Shown: positions 25,964-38,112, counted from the stretch's first letter. The stretch is 64,000 nt of DNA from Squalus acanthias (GCA_030390025.1 CM059432.1:144462001-144526000), one strand, 5' to 3'. Notes: generated by a model from the letters alone, not told the origin. Numbers and translations are program-made.

Positions 25964-26198
25964 CAGAGTGTCCTCAGTGTGAAGACAGGACTTCTTCTCC
26001 ACAAGGACTGTGTGGTGGTCACTGCTACCAGTACTGTCATGGACAGATGCATCTGCGACAGGTAGATTGGTGAGAACGAGGTCAAGTAGGTTTTTCCATC
26101 GTGTTGGTTCTCTCACCACCTGCCGCAAGCCCAGTCTGGCAGCTATGTCCCTCAGGACTCGGCCAGCTCGGTCAGTAGCGGTGTTACCGAGCCATTCT

Positions 26199-26596
26199 TA
26201 AGAACGTAAGAAATAGGAGCAGGAGTAGGCCATTTGGCCCTTCGAGCCTGCTCTGCCATTCAATAAGATCATGGCTGATCTTCTACCTCATCTTGACTTT
26301 CCTGCACTATCACCATATCCCTTGATTCCCTTAATATTCAAAAATCTATCGATCTCTGTCTTGAATATACTCTACGATTGAGCCTCCACAGCCCTCTGGG
26401 GTAGAGAATTCAAAAGATTCACCACCCTCTGAGTGAAGAAATTTCTCCTCACCATGTCCTAAATGGCCAACTCCTTATTCTGAGACTGTGACCCCTGGTT
26501 CTAGACTCCCCAGCCAGGGGAAACATCCTCCCTGCATCTATCCTGTCAAGCCCTGTAAGAATTTTGTATGTTTCAATGAGATCACCTCTCATTTTT
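26199..26596 (-). mobile_element. CR1 3' fragment inserted in the older LINE
   Basis: taagaac tail, gagcaggagtaggcc hairpin and ORF2 end; the host LINE resumes on both sides (gagccattct | tggtgatggac). Confidence 0.9.
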
Positions 26597-27256
26597 GGTG
26601 ATGGACATTGAAGTCCTCCACCTAGAGTGCGTTCTGTGCCCTTGCTATCCTCAGTGCTTCTTCCAAGTGGTGTTCAACATGGAGGATTACTGATTCATCA
26701 GCTGAGGGAGGGCGATAGGTGGTAATCAGCAGGAGGTTTCCTTGTGCATGTTTGACCTGATGCCATGAGACTTCATGGGGTCCAGAGACAATGTTGAGGA
26801 CTCCCAGGGCCACTTCCTCCCAACTGTATACCACTGTGCCGCCTCCTCTGGTGGGTCTGTCCTGCCGTTGGGATATACCCAGGGATCGTGATGGAGGAGT
26901 CTGAGACATTGGCTGAAAGGTATGATTCTGTGAGTATGACTATGTCAGGCTGTTGCTTGACTAGTCTGTGGGACAGCTCTCCCAATTTTGGCACAGGTCC
27001 CCAGATGTTAGTGCAGGTCTAACGGCAAAAAGTATCCCACTTTCTGTGAAAAACCTCCTCAAAACCATGGACTATGCCTTGTGCCTGCTACACCCGCACC
27101 CCCCCCATGTCCCCCATCCCGCCCCACCCTTCCTCTGTCCCCCCCCACCACCGCCGTGCCCCGCCCTGCTCCCCCACCCCTGTGTTTGCTGCAAGTACTA
27201 TTGTGTCCATTCACATATATGTTGTCATTGACTATATGATTGTATTTTGGGTTTTG

Positions 27257-28785
27257 TCTGCCACAGGGAAAGTCATCGCAAGAATCCTCCTCAATCGCCT
27301 TCTCCCAGTGGCTGAAGAGCTCCTCCCAGAGTCGCAATGCAGGTTCCGCCCACTAAGGGGCACAATGGACATGATCTTCACCGCGCGCCAATTACAAGAG
27401 AAATGCAGGGAACAGCACCAACCACTGTACATGGCCTTCTTTGACCTCACAAAGGCCTTTGACATTGTCAACCATGAGGGATTATGGAGTGTCCTCCTCA
27501 AATTCGGCTGCCCTCAAAAGTTTGTCACCATCCTCCGCCTACTTCACGACGACATGCAAGCCGTGATCCTGACCAACGGTTCCACCACAGACCCAATTCA
27601 TGTATGGACCGGGGTCAAGCAAGGCTGAGTCATCGCACCAACGCTCTTCTCGATCTTCCTTGCGGCAATGCTCCATCTCACCCTCAGTAAGCTCCCCGCT
27701 GGAGTGGAGCTAATTTACAGAACAAACGGGAAACTGTTCAACCTCCGTCGCCTCCAGTCCAGATCCAAGGTCGTCCCTTCCTCTGTCAGCGAATTACAGT
27801 ATGCAGACGACGCTTGCATCTGTGCACACTCGGAGGTCGAACTCCAAACCATCGTTAACACCTTCACCGAAGCGTACGAGAGCATGGGCCTTACACTAAA
27901 CATCCGTAAGACAAAGGTCCTCTACCAACCTGCCCCCCGATTATCAAAATCCATGACAAGGCCTTGGACAACGTGGACCACGTTCCATACCTCGGGAGCC
28001 TACTGTCAACAAGGGCAGAGGTTGATGACGAAGTCCAACACCGCCTTCAGTGTGCCAGTGCAGCCTTCGGTCGCCTGAGGAAGAGAGTGTTTGAAGACCA
28101 GGACCTCAAACCTGGCACCAAGCTCATGGTCTACAGAGCAGTAGTAATACCCGCCCTCCTGTATGCTTCAGAGACATGGACCATGTACAGCAGGCACCTC
28201 AAAGCACTGGAAAGGTACCACCAATGCTGCCTCCGCAAGATCCTGCAAATCCATTTGCAGGATAGGCGCACCAACGTAAGTGTTCTCGCTCAGGCCAACA
28301 TCCGCAGCATCGAAGCTTTGACCACGCTCGATCAGCTCCGATGGACGGGTCACATCGTCCACATGCCCGATACGAGACTCCCAAAACAAGCGCTCTACTC
28401 GGAGCTCCGACACGGCAAGAGAGCCCCAGGTGGGCAGAGGAAATGCTTCAAGGACACCCTCAAAGCCTCCTTGAAAAAGTGCAACATCCCCACCGACACC
28501 TGGGAATCCCTGGCCCAAGACCGCACAAAGTGGAGGAGAAGCATCCGGGAAGGCGCCGAACACCTCGAGTCTCTTCGCCGGGAGCAAGCGGAAGCCAAGC
28601 GCAAACAGCGGAAGGAGCGCACGTCAACCCAAGCACCCCACCCACCCACCCCTTCAACCACCGTCTGCCCCACCTGTGACAGAGACTGTCGGTCCCGCAT
28701 TGGACTCATCGGTCACCTGAGAACTCATTTTTAATGTGGAAACAAGTCATCCTCGGTCCCGAGGGACTGCCTAAGAGAGAAGAAG
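27257..28785 (+). mobile_element. 5'-truncated RTE-clade LINE with 19-bp target-site duplication
   Basis: ESQCRFR...FDLTKAFD...GVKQG*...QYADD...C-terminal CPTC...HLRTH; stop at 27626-27628 and a frameshift near 27940; GATTGTATTTTGGGTTTTG at 27238-27256 and 28786-28804. Confidence 0.93.
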
Positions 28786-28889
28786 GATTGTATTTTGGGT
28801 TTTGAAAGGCAGCAGCATTTAGATTGTGGCATTAAGTGTAATCTGTAAAAATTTGCTGTTCTGCTAGCTGTGTGTTATTTTCTGATAGA

Positions 28890-29700
28890 AATCTCTCTCA
28901 TTTGCCTTTGAATGAATCAATACTAACTGCTTCCACCCTCTCCCTAGGGAGTCTGTTCCATAGATTGACCACTCGCTCACTGAAATATTGTTTCCGCGGA
29001 TTAGTTTTGAATTTTCCCCTTCAAGCGCAGGCTGTGTCCTCTGGTTCTACTGTTCTGGACAAGGTGAAACAGCTTATCATGGTCTCCATTATCTAGTCCC
29101 TTTAGAATCCTAAAAACAACAATCATATCACCTCTCAACCTTCTCTTTCCCAGTGAGAACAAGCCCAATTTATATCATCGCTTCTCATAATTCAACCCCT
29201 CCATCCCTTCAATTATTCTGGTTGCTCTCTTCTTAAGATACTGAAGGGGAATTGACAGGGTAGATGCTGAGAGGTTGTTTCCTCTGACTGGAGAGTCTAG
29301 CACTAGGGGGCATAGTCTCAGGATAAGGGGTCGGCCATTTAAGACTGAGATGAGGAGGAATTGCTTCACTCAGAGGGTTGTGAATCTTTGGAATTCTCTA
29401 CCCCAGAGGGCTGTGAATGCTGAGTCTTTGAGTATATTCAAGGCTGAGGTAGATAGATTTTTGGGCTCTAGGGGAATCAAGGGATATATTGGGGTCGGGC
29501 GGGAAAGTGGAGTTGAGGTCGAAGATCAGCCATGATCTCATTGAATGGCAGAGCAGGCTCAAGGGGCCGTATGGCCTACTGCTGCTCCTAATTCCTATGT
29601 TCTTATGTTCTGTATCCTTTCAATAGCTGCAACAACCTTTTTGTACTGCGACAACCAGAACTGTACACAGTATTCCAAGTGTGGTCGCACCAATGATGTA
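28890..29700 (-). mobile_element. Old CR1 fragment (minus) interrupted by a younger CR1 3' fragment (plus, about 29234-29611)
   Basis: Host reads ...gttgctctcttct | gtatcctttc... across the insert; the insert has the ORF2 end and a tatgttct tail. Confidence 0.8.
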
Positions 29701-30130
29701 TAAAGTTTATCCAATATATATTTATTTTATTTTTGTTTCCTCTTTAGCTCTCCAGCCAAAACGATTCCTGAGCCAAATGAACACGACAACCCAAGTATGG
29801 AATGAAAAAAGGCCATCTCGCCACGCAGCTCCTCCTTTCAATGCATGATCAATTACACTTAGCACCATCGTGGACTCTTCCTATTTATTTGATTTCCTAA
29901 GGGAGGCACAGATAAAACTCTTAGATTCCTCTGCAGGTGACAAACGCAATCAAGTGGAAAACTGCAACATATCAATGCGATATTATCAAGACCGTTGGTG
30001 TTGCATAAAAGCCACCAATATGTTCGGTTAGGTATTTGATAATCTATAATTTATCCCAATTCCCTGTCACCAGATATTTTCCCAGCTGCTTTATAAAGGA
30101 GTTAATTAACATGACATCAAGGATCTTTGA

Positions 30131-30430
30131 CAACAACAAATTGTATTTATATAGCACCTTTAACATAGTAAAACGTCCCAAGGCGCTTCACAGGAGCGAT
30201 TATCAAACAAAATTTGACCCCGAGCCACAGAAGGAGATATTTGGACAGGTGACCAGAAGCTTGGTCAAAGAGGTAGGTTTTAAAGAGTGCCTTAAAGGAA
30301 GCGAGCTAGAGAGGTGGAGCGGTTTAGAGAGGGAATTCCAGAGAATAGTGCCTCGACAGCTGAAGCCTCGGCTGCCAATGGTGGAGCAATGAAAATCAGG
30401 GATGCGCAAGAGGCCAGAATTGGAGGAATG
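30131..30430 (-). mobile_element. L2 LINE 3' fragment
   Basis: (caa)n tail, tatttatatagcacc motif, body homologous to 56810-57316. Confidence 0.85.
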
Positions 30431-31380
30431 TAATGTCTTCTACATTATCAACCAGCTGATCGCCTCCCAAGATATCTGCTGAAGTTACTCTTAAGTCAAC
30501 CGCCAAGACTAGGGTGTGATCACTGACAATTCAATGAAAATTCAGAGTCAACGTAAAACTATTATCAATGGGAGACCTGGTGACATAATGGGGTAGAGTT
30601 TCCGGGGGGGGGGGGTTCCCTGATCTTCAGCGGAAGCTCCAGAGAAACAGCAGGTACCGCTACGGTTACAGCAGGAGAGCCAGAGAATCTCGGTGAAAAT
30701 TACTGCCCAGCGAGTTGACATGATGCCCTTTTGTGGGACCTTGCTGTGTGCAACTTGGCTCCATAACAACAGTGACTGCACCTCAAAAGTGGTCTCCTCT
30801 CTCTATTGGATGTAAGGGTCCTACATGAAATAAGATGAATCTATGGTGTCTCAAGTTGATATTAATTGGCAATCTCACTTAGAACAGTCACAGGTATTGC
30901 GAGTGAGGGAAATGGAAGTGATACACTGGTACCGTGGATGTGGAAGCTGGAAGAGGTTAGGTTTGTGTAAAGAGAGTTTGACTCTGCATCTGGCTGAGCT
31001 ATAACTGGCCTGAGAGTGCTTGATGTTGAGAGCAGGTGACACAGCACCAGCAACTCTCACCTTCAAAAGCAAGAACGCGCCGGGGAAAAAAACTGTTGCC
31101 CACAAGGCTAATCAAGTATACGTTAAACATCAAGGGCATTTGATTAGAAGCTGGTGATAAGTAAAAACAAGTTGTTCTAACCTTATTAGTATTCCTGGCC
31201 TCACAGTGATCCTATGTGCAGATTAAGCACCCACCTTCAAAAGTACATTGGCTCCTTGAGGAGGAACGCAATAGGAATGATAAGATAGCAAAATACTGCG
31301 GATGCTGGAAATCCGAAATAACAACAGAAAACGCTGGAAAAACTCAGCAGGCCAGGCAACATCCGTGGAGAGAGAAAGAG

Positions 31381-31416
31381 AGTTAACGTTTCAGGTCGAA
31401 ACCCTTCGTCAGAACT
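31381..31416 (-). ncRNA. Minimal type I hammerhead ribozyme motif in the Penelope terminal repeat
   Basis: Minus strand AGTT-CTGACGA-AGGGTTTCGACCT-GAAA-CGTT-AACT: conserved CUGANGA and GAAA cores, stem I AGUU/AACU, palindromic stem III. Confidence 0.8.
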
Positions 31417-31745
31417 GAAAGAGCAGGAAATAAACAGATAAAAATGCAAGGGGGAGGCTGGGGGGAGGAATAAAAGAACAAAAGGGATGGTCTTTAGTAA
31501 GTAGAGACATTGAGAGATGCTCAAGGCAAGACGAGATGGTAATGGGACAGGTTGAGAAACAAAAGGTAAGGTGTGAAATGCTGGCAGAATCAGAGACAGC
31601 TGCCGTGGGGGGAGAGAGAGAGAAAAAAAAGGAAAAAGGCATGGACTAAAAGAGTGGATAAAATGTATACATATGTGGTAGGGGCCTGGGGTTATGAGCT
31701 GAAATTGTTGAACTCAATATTGAGTCCTGGAAGGCTGTAAAGTGC

Positions 31746-34151
31746 CTAAACGGAAGATGAGGTGCTGTTCCTGGAGCTTACGCTGCGCTTCCGTGGAACA
31801 ATGCCGAGGACGGTGAGGTCTGAGTGAGCGTGCAGGGGTGAATTAAAATGACAAGCGACCGGAAGCTCGGGGTCACCCTTACGGACTGAACGGAGGTGTT
31901 CCGCAAAGCGGTCACCCAATCTGCGTTTGGTCTCCCCAATGTAGAGGAGACCACATCGTGAGCAGCGAATACAGTATACTAAATTGCAAGAAGTACAAGT
32001 AAATTGCTGTTTCACCTGGAAGGGGTGTTTGGGGCCCTGGAGAGTGGGAAGGGGGGATGTATAAGGGCAGGTGTTGCATCTCCTGCGCTTGCACGGGAAG
32101 GTGCCGGGTGAAGGGGAAGGGGTGCTGGGGGTGATAGAGGAGTGGACTAGGGTGTCTTGGAGGGAGCGGTCCCTACGGAATGCTGAAAGGGGAGGTGAGG
32201 GGAAGATACGTTTGGTGGTGGGATCACGTTGGAGGTGGCGGAAATGGCGGAGGATGATCCGTTGAATGTGGAGGCTGGTGGGGTGAAAGGTGAGGACAAG
32301 GGGAACTCTATCGTGGTTCCGGGAGGGAGGGGCTGGGGTGAGGGCAGAAGTGCGGGAGATGGAACGGACACGGTCGAGGGCCGTGTCGACCATGGTAGAG
32401 GGGAATCCTCGGTTGAGGAAAAAGGAAGACATGTCGGAAGCACTGGTATGGAAGGTGGCATCGTCGGAGCAGATGCGGCGGAGACGGAGAAACTGGGAGA
32501 AGGGAATAGAGTCCTTACAGGAGGTGGGGTGGGAGGAAGTGTAGTCCAGGTAGCTGTGGGAGTCAGTGGGCTTGTAGTGAATGTTGGTCAATAACCTATC
32601 CCCAGAGATGGAGACGGAGAAGTCGAGGAAGGGGAGGGAAGAGTCGGAGATGGACCATGTGAAGGTGAGGGAAGGGTGGAAATTGGAGGCAAAGTGAATG
32701 AAATTGTCTAGTTCGGGGCGAGAGCAGGAAACGGCACCGATACAGTCGTCAATGTACCGGAAAAAGAGGTAAGGGAGGGGACCCGAGTAGGACTGGAACA
32801 AAGAGTGTTCCACATATCCCACGAAAAGGCAGGCATAGCTAGGACCCATGCGGGTACCCATAGCAACACCTTTGATTTGGAGGAAATGAGTGGAGTCAAA
32901 GGAGAAGTTGTTCAATGTGAGAACAAGTTCAGCCAGGCGGAGGAGGGTGGCGGTGGATGGGGACTGGTTGGGCCTCTGTTCAAGGAAGAAGCGGAGCGCC
33001 CTCAGGCCATCCTGGTGCGGGATGGAGGTGTAGAGGGATTGTACGTCCATGGTGAAAAGGAGGCGGTTGGGGCCAGGAAACTGGAAACTGTTAAAGTGGC
33101 GGAGGGCGTCAGAGGAATCGCGGATGTAGGTGGGAAGGGACTGGACAAGGGGAGAAAAAATAGAGTCGAGATAGGAAGAGATAAGTACCGTGGGGCAAGA
33201 GAAGGCTGAAACGATGGGTCTACCAGGGCAGTCCTGTTTGTGGATCTTGGGAAGGAGGTAGAAGTGGGCTGTGCAGGGTTGGGGAACTATGAGGTTGGCG
33301 GCCGTGGGGGGAAGATCTCCAGAGGAGATGAGGTCAGTGACAGTCTTGGACACGGTGGCTTGATGTTCTGTAGTGGGGTCATGGTCCAGGTGGAGGTAGG
33401 AGGAGGTGTCGGAGAGTTGGCGTTCAACTTCCGCTAGGTAGAGGTCGGTTCGCCAAACAACAACAGCACCACCCTTGTCAGCAGGTTTAATGACAATGTC
33501 AGGGTTGGATCGGAGAGAATGGAGTGCTGCAAGTTCAGAGGGAGGTAGGTTGGAGTGAGTGAGGGGAGCAGAGAAATTGAGCTGGCCGATGTCACGGCGG
33601 CAGTTAGCAATGAAAAGATCTAGAGAGGGTAAGAGGCCAGAGGGAGGGGTCCAGGTGGAACGAGAATTCTGAAAGCGGGAGAAAGGGTCAGCCGTGCGGG
33701 GGGAAGACTCCTGGCCAGAGAAGTGGGCACGGAGACGGAGGCGGCGGAAAAAGAGCTCAGCATCGTGCCGAGCTCGAAATTCATTGAGATGGGGGCGTAA
33801 GAGGATGAAGCTCAGGCCTTTGCTGAGGACTGATCGTTCGGAGTCAGAGAGGGGAAGGTCAGAGGGGATAGTGAAAACGCGGCAGGGGGTGAGATTGGGA
33901 GAAGGGGGGTCAGAGGAAAGTGAAGGGGAAGAAGGTTCCGGAGGGGCGTTAGTGTCCAAGAGTTGTTGAAGCTTGCGATCCTTGACATCGGAAAGGAAGA
34001 AGAAAAGTTTTTTGTTGAAGCGTCGGATGAGTCTAAGGATGAAATGGAACTGTGGACCCGGACAGCTTTGAGATAGAGTGCGTCGGTGCTGCTGAAGAGA
34101 GAGGTCGAGAGTGTTCATGTGGCGCCGCATGGCGTTGAGCGTGGATCTCAA
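31746..34151 (-). CDS. Penelope RT-GIY-YIG polyprotein, N-truncated, frameshifted near the C-terminus (about 31800)
   Basis: KPADKG, GVAMGTRMGPSYA, RYIDD, Cys linker CKRRRCNTC, VYCIRC...LYIGET...RFAEH; the expected end (HCSTEAQRKLQEQHLIFRLGTLQP) is in another frame. Confidence 0.88.
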   Translation of the reverse strand: MRSTLNAMRRHMNTLDLSLQQHRRTLSQSCPGPQFHFILRLIRRFNKKLFFFLSDVKDRKLQQLLDTNAPPEPSSPSLSSDPPSPNLTPCRVFTIPSDLPLSDSERSVLSKGLSFILLRPHLNEFRARHDAELFFRRLRLRAHFSGQESSPRTADPFSRFQNSRSTWTPPSGLLPSLDLFIANCRRDIGQLNFSAPLTHSNLPPSELAALHSLRSNPDIVIKPADKGGAVVVWRTDLYLAEVERQLSDTSSYLHLDHDPTTEHQATVSKTVTDLISSGDLPPTAANLIVPQPCTAHFYLLPKIHKQDCPGRPIVSAFSCPTVLISSYLDSIFSPLVQSLPTYIRDSSDALRHFNSFQFPGPNRLLFTMDVQSLYTSIPHQDGLRALRFFLEQRPNQSPSTATLLRLAELVLTLNNFSFDSTHFLQIKGVAMGTRMGPSYACLFVGYVEHSLFQSYSGPLPYLFFRYIDDCIGAVSCSRPELDNFIHFASNFHPSLTFTWSISDSSLPFLDFSVSISGDRLLTNIHYKPTDSHSYLDYTSSHPTSCKDSIPFSQFLRLRRICSDDATFHTSASDMSSFFLNRGFPSTMVDTALDRVRSISRTSALTPAPPSRNHDRVPLVLTFHPTSLHIQRIILRHFRHLQRDPTTKRIFPSPPLSAFRRDRSLQDTLVHSSITPSTPSPSPGTFPCKRRRCNTCPYTSPLPTLQGPKHPFQVKQQFTCTSCNLVYCIRCSRCGLLYIGETKRRLGDRFAEHLRSVRKGDPELPVACHFNSPLHAHSDLTVLGIVPRKRSVSSRNSTSSSV

Positions 34152-34440
34152 GATGCAGCGAGAGCAGTAGTTCGAGGAACGATGAATATCTTGGAGATAT
34201 TTGTAATCCTGGGTTGATCCGAAACACGAAGGGTGGAAGTTTAGTTGGAATCCACGTGGGATAAGTCGGAACCGGAATAGGAATGATTCTGGGAGTTAGC
34301 GCTCCAAGTTACAAAGACAGGCAGACACAACAGGTTTTGTTGAGGAGAAGAATGGGATGGGCAAGATTCAGGCATGTCGTTTTTGTAGATGTAACAAACT
34401 GTTTAATTTGGACTGTGACAAACCTCAAACCCTTGAAGAT

Positions 34441-34930
34441 AACAGCAACAACTTGTATTTATACAGCGCCTTTAACGTAGTAAAACGTCCCAAGGCGCTG
34501 TACAGGGGTATTGTAAGACAAAAAATTTGACACCGAGCCACATAAGGATAAATTAGGGCAGATGACCAAAAGCTTGGTCAAAGAGGTAGGTTTTAAGGAG
34601 TGTCTTAAAGGAGGAAAGAGAGGTAGCGAGGCAGAGAGGTTTAGGGAGGGAATTCCAGAGCTTAGGGCCTAGGCAACAGAAGGCACGGCCACCAATGGTT
34701 GATAATAAGGGATGTTCAAGAGGGCAGAATTTGAGGAGCGCAGATATCTCGGGGGATTGTGGGGCTGAAGGAGATAGGAAGTGGTGAGGCCATGGAGGGA
34801 GTTGAAAACAAGGATGAGAATTTTGAAATCAAGGCGCTGCTTAACTGGGAGCCAGTGTAGGTCAGCGAGCACAGGGGAGATGGGCGAACAGGACTTGGTG
34901 CGAGTTAGGACACAGGCAGCCAAGTTTTGG
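34441..34930 (-). mobile_element. L2 LINE 3' fragment
   Basis: Translates SPISPVLADLHWLPVKQRLDFKILILVF; (caa)n tail. Confidence 0.88.
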
Positions 34931-35088
34931 ATAGAAAGTTAGCATGCAGGTACAGCAAGCAATTAGGAAGGCAAATAGCATGTTGGCCTTTATCACAAGG
35001 GGATTGGAGTACAAGAGTAAGGAAATCTTGCTACAATCGTACAGGGCTTTGGTGAGACCACATCTGCAGTACTGTGCACAGTTTTGGT
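34931..35088 (+). mobile_element. CR1 ORF2 internal fragment
   Basis: KVSMQVQQAIRKANSMLAFITRGLEYKSKE. Confidence 0.8.
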
Positions 35089-35991
35089 AAGAATCATTTT
35101 CTTTGATCACAAATATATGTAGATATAAGGAGCTGACTCCAAGCAAACACACTCAATGCTTTATTTTTTTTTTAAAAGAACTGTACAAAGATCTGGTAAG
35201 GAATAAGATTGAAGATTATTAGGGGAAAATCATTTACACTACACAGTTGGAGGAGAGGGGAGCAAACAAGATCCGGGACCAGAGAGACCATAGAGTACGA
35301 AGGTAATCAACAGGTAGGTATGGACACAGATACCCAGAGCAACTGGAGACCAGGGATAGGCTGACACTGGAGGGATACAAGAGGAAGCAAATCTATAATA
35401 ATATGTATATACATGAACGGTAGAAGCACTCAAAATACAATGCCAGACTGGAGGCTGTTGAGGCAGTAGGGAATTATAATGTGGAGGGAATATCAGCAAT
35501 GTGATTAAACTTAGAGGATGGAAATGAATATAATATTCAGGGCAGGGAGTGAATAGAAAGAAAGAGTGGACATAGATTGAGGTGGTGTAGCCCTATATTT
35601 CAGGAACGCCCAGGAAAAGCATCGTTCTTAGGGCCATAGAAGGTAAAAGAAGTCGACTCTGTGGGAGGTAGAAAGCTACAAAATAAACTACTCCAGTTAG
35701 ACATCCCTACTGCTAAAAAAAAATCAAAGCAAACACTTGGGTATAAACCACCAGGTCCGGATAAGAAGGAGGACAGTTTGCTCGATGAAGCGATTGGAAT
35801 GTAAGGACATAGGTTAAATGTTATTGGAACGTTTGTATTAAGCTTGGTGATGTTGATGTTACATATATGGTCTAGTTTATACCTGCCGATGTTTATACAA
35901 CTGCTTAATTTTGTAATTTACTGTTCAGTCGAAGTTATTGATAAAATGTTATTCACTAAAAGAAAACAAAGTGAATGTAGTGAAGGAATCT

Positions 35992-36397
35992 GTCAGCCGT
36001 GGTTCAGTTGGTAGCGCTCTCGCCTCTGAGTCAAGAGGTTGTAGGTTCCACGCCAGAGACTTGAGGCTGACACTCCAGTGCAGTGCTGAGGGAGTGCTGC
36101 ACTGTCGGAGGTGCCGCCTTTTAAACCAAGGCCCTATCTGCCTGTTAAGTGGATGTAAGAGACTCCCTGGTACTATTTGAAGAAGAGCAAGGGAGTTCTC
36201 CCAATATCCTGGCCAACAGACTAACTGGTCATCTCTCTCACTGCCGTTTGTGGGACCTTGCGGTGCACAATTTGGCTGCCATGTTTGCCTAAAAAACAAC
36301 AGTGACTGCAGTTCATAAGTAATTAATCGGCTGTGAAGCGCTTTGGGGTGGCCTGAGGATGTGAAAGGCGCTATATCAATGCAAGTTTATTTTTTCT
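35992..36397 (+). mobile_element. Full-length tRNA-headed SINE with L2-type tail (DeuSINE/SacSINE1-like)
   Basis: A-box-like tggttcagttgg, core aggctgacactccagtgcagtgctgaggg, tail gaaaggcgctatatcaatgcaag; homologous to 42086-43251 and 53694-54148. Confidence 0.85.
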
Positions 36398-37898
36398 TGA
36401 ATCCAAATACATGAATGGTAGCAAAATGTGGTGGTGAGATTGTAGCAATGTTTAAATTCAAGACTTGTGAAAGAGCTACTGCAACAAGTAAAAAGTATTT
36501 AACAGCACATTGCAGGTTATTTTAAACATGTGGACCCAGGTATCTATTTCCACGTTCTATAGCATCAAACTGCTAGGAAGAGCAAGTGGTTTTACTTATA
36601 GATGGAGTTCTGTGGACAACGGACCACCAACACAAGTTCAGCCAGCAGAAAGCTGCTGATCAGTATGTTGAAATCCACCCGCCCTATTACAGCATGCTGT
36701 TTTGTTGTCTCTCAGTTCTCTTAAATTCCTAAAATAGTTCTGCTTAGATCCTCCTCAAGATATGCAGGAGAATAAGGCAGGAGTGAGAGTCAGTGACAGG
36801 AGAGAGGGAGAGACGGGCAGGCAGAAATATTCTCCTCTACCTGCTGGCCACAGAATAAATGTGTGGTCTCCATCGAGGTCAGGTAGATAGATGGCTGTCA
36901 ATTCAAACACAAACGCTGAATGGGGGGCACAAGTTTGAGCTGAATTTAGTTATTAAGTAGGAGCAGTGGAAAGCTGAGCCTCAGAGAGAAGAGTCTTCTT
37001 GGAGGAGGAATGAGGGGAATCTGCTGTTGTTATTGTTATGATTCCAGGAGCTAGGTACAAACACACAACAACTTCCCTTCCACTACCGGGATTCCCTTCC
37101 ATTGCGGCAGCACTCTGCCGTGTGCTGGTAATGAGCAGGATAAATAAATGAGCGTGTGAATATGGAGCGAGGAGGAGTGGGGGGGGGGGGGGTGGCGGGG
37201 GGGATTATGTCCTCAGAACAGACCTCTGTAGCTCATCCTTACCTTTGATGGATTGCTTGAAGAGATGGTATCTCTTACAGACAAAACAAGCCCAGACATA
37301 AATCTTCTTTTATCATCTTTCATTTAACCTTTACAGGAACACTCCTTACAAGGCAAATCGAGTTGCCCTTTTAATTCATTCTTTAATCTGGCTTGCAATT
37401 TCTCCCCAACTTTTTAGATCCTTTTTGATATTGTAGCATCGCCCAAGCAGGAATGAAATGAGTGGCGCCGTACATTAATTGACAGGGAGAATGCCTCTGT
37501 CACTGTGGAGATTGATGAGGCGGGGGGGGGTGCGGGAGAGATGGCTGGGATCTTCACCCTGACTGTACAGAGCACATCGACAGTACAGCCCACCGCTGCC
37601 ACGCACGCAGAATTTGTCACAATTCACCGACAGCGGCAGGCCCTCTTCTACCACTCAAATCACACAGCACTTTCTGGAGGGTTCATCGTGCTGAAATGCA
37701 GCATTGATCATCCGCTTCAGATTTTCCAGATTCTGGAAAAAAGTTGGAGCTTAAAACAAATAGTCTGATTATGCTCCAACTGGCGTCACTGATGTTGTTG
37801 CCCCTCACTGCTGAACCAATGACTGAATATTCCCCATGAGGATCCCTAGTGCTCTCCCTCCCCAGCCAGCAAAGCTCTGGCTAATCCAATGTTGGCCA

Positions 37899-38112
37899 TG
37901 ATGCGGAGATGCCGGTGTTGGACTGGGGCGGACAAAAGTGAGAAGTCGCACAACACCAGGTTATAGTCCAACAGCTTTATTTGAAATCACAAGCTTTCGG
38001 AGCGGCTGCTCCTTCGTCAGGTGAAGTCTGACGAAGGAGCAGCCGCTCTGAAAGCTTGTGATTTCAAATAAAGCTGTTGGACTATAACCTGGTGTTGTGC
38101 GACTTCTCACTT
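37899..38112 (-). mobile_element. 214-bp Penelope-derived hairpin element with 17-bp target duplication
   Basis: 86-bp inverted arms (37935-38020 and 38028-38113, one mismatch), 7-nt loop; TAATCCAATGTTGGCCA at 37882-37898 and 38113-38129. Confidence 0.88.
37987..38024 (-). ncRNA. Minimal type I hammerhead ribozyme motif
   Basis: Minus strand TCAC-CTGACGA-A-GGAGC-AGCC-GCTCC-GAAA-GCTT-GTGA. Confidence 0.82.

Larger units (their letters stand above)
19378..27012 (-). mobile_element. Decayed APE-RT LINE (CR1/L2/Jockey supergroup, exact clade uncertain), interrupted by a Gypsy element and a CR1 fragment
   Basis: Frameshifted pieces in order on minus: PDIVILTESYL and RQDRPTRGGG (endonuclease, 26600-27000), LDLVLTN...SDHH (about 26000-26090), GPDNIP...NYRPIS (20543-20896), ALDIKAAFDRVWH, LGVTIDQKLNW; A-rich 3' end near 19378. 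Confidence 0.88.
31282..34275 (-). mobile_element. Penelope-like element (RT plus GIY-YIG, Neptune-type), 5'-truncated, 12-bp target duplication
   Basis: 801-aa ORF; AATAGGAATGAT at 31270-31281 and 34276-34287; terminal repeat shared with 52786-53383. Confidence 0.95.

Noticed and set aside
30590..30708. Possible 120-bp Harbinger-like mini-MITE (also about 19035-19119)
   Set aside because: TIRs are weak and no matching target duplication was found.
35500..35760. Possible very old CR1 endonuclease remnant (GGVALY-like)
   Set aside because: Too degraded to set boundaries or a frame.
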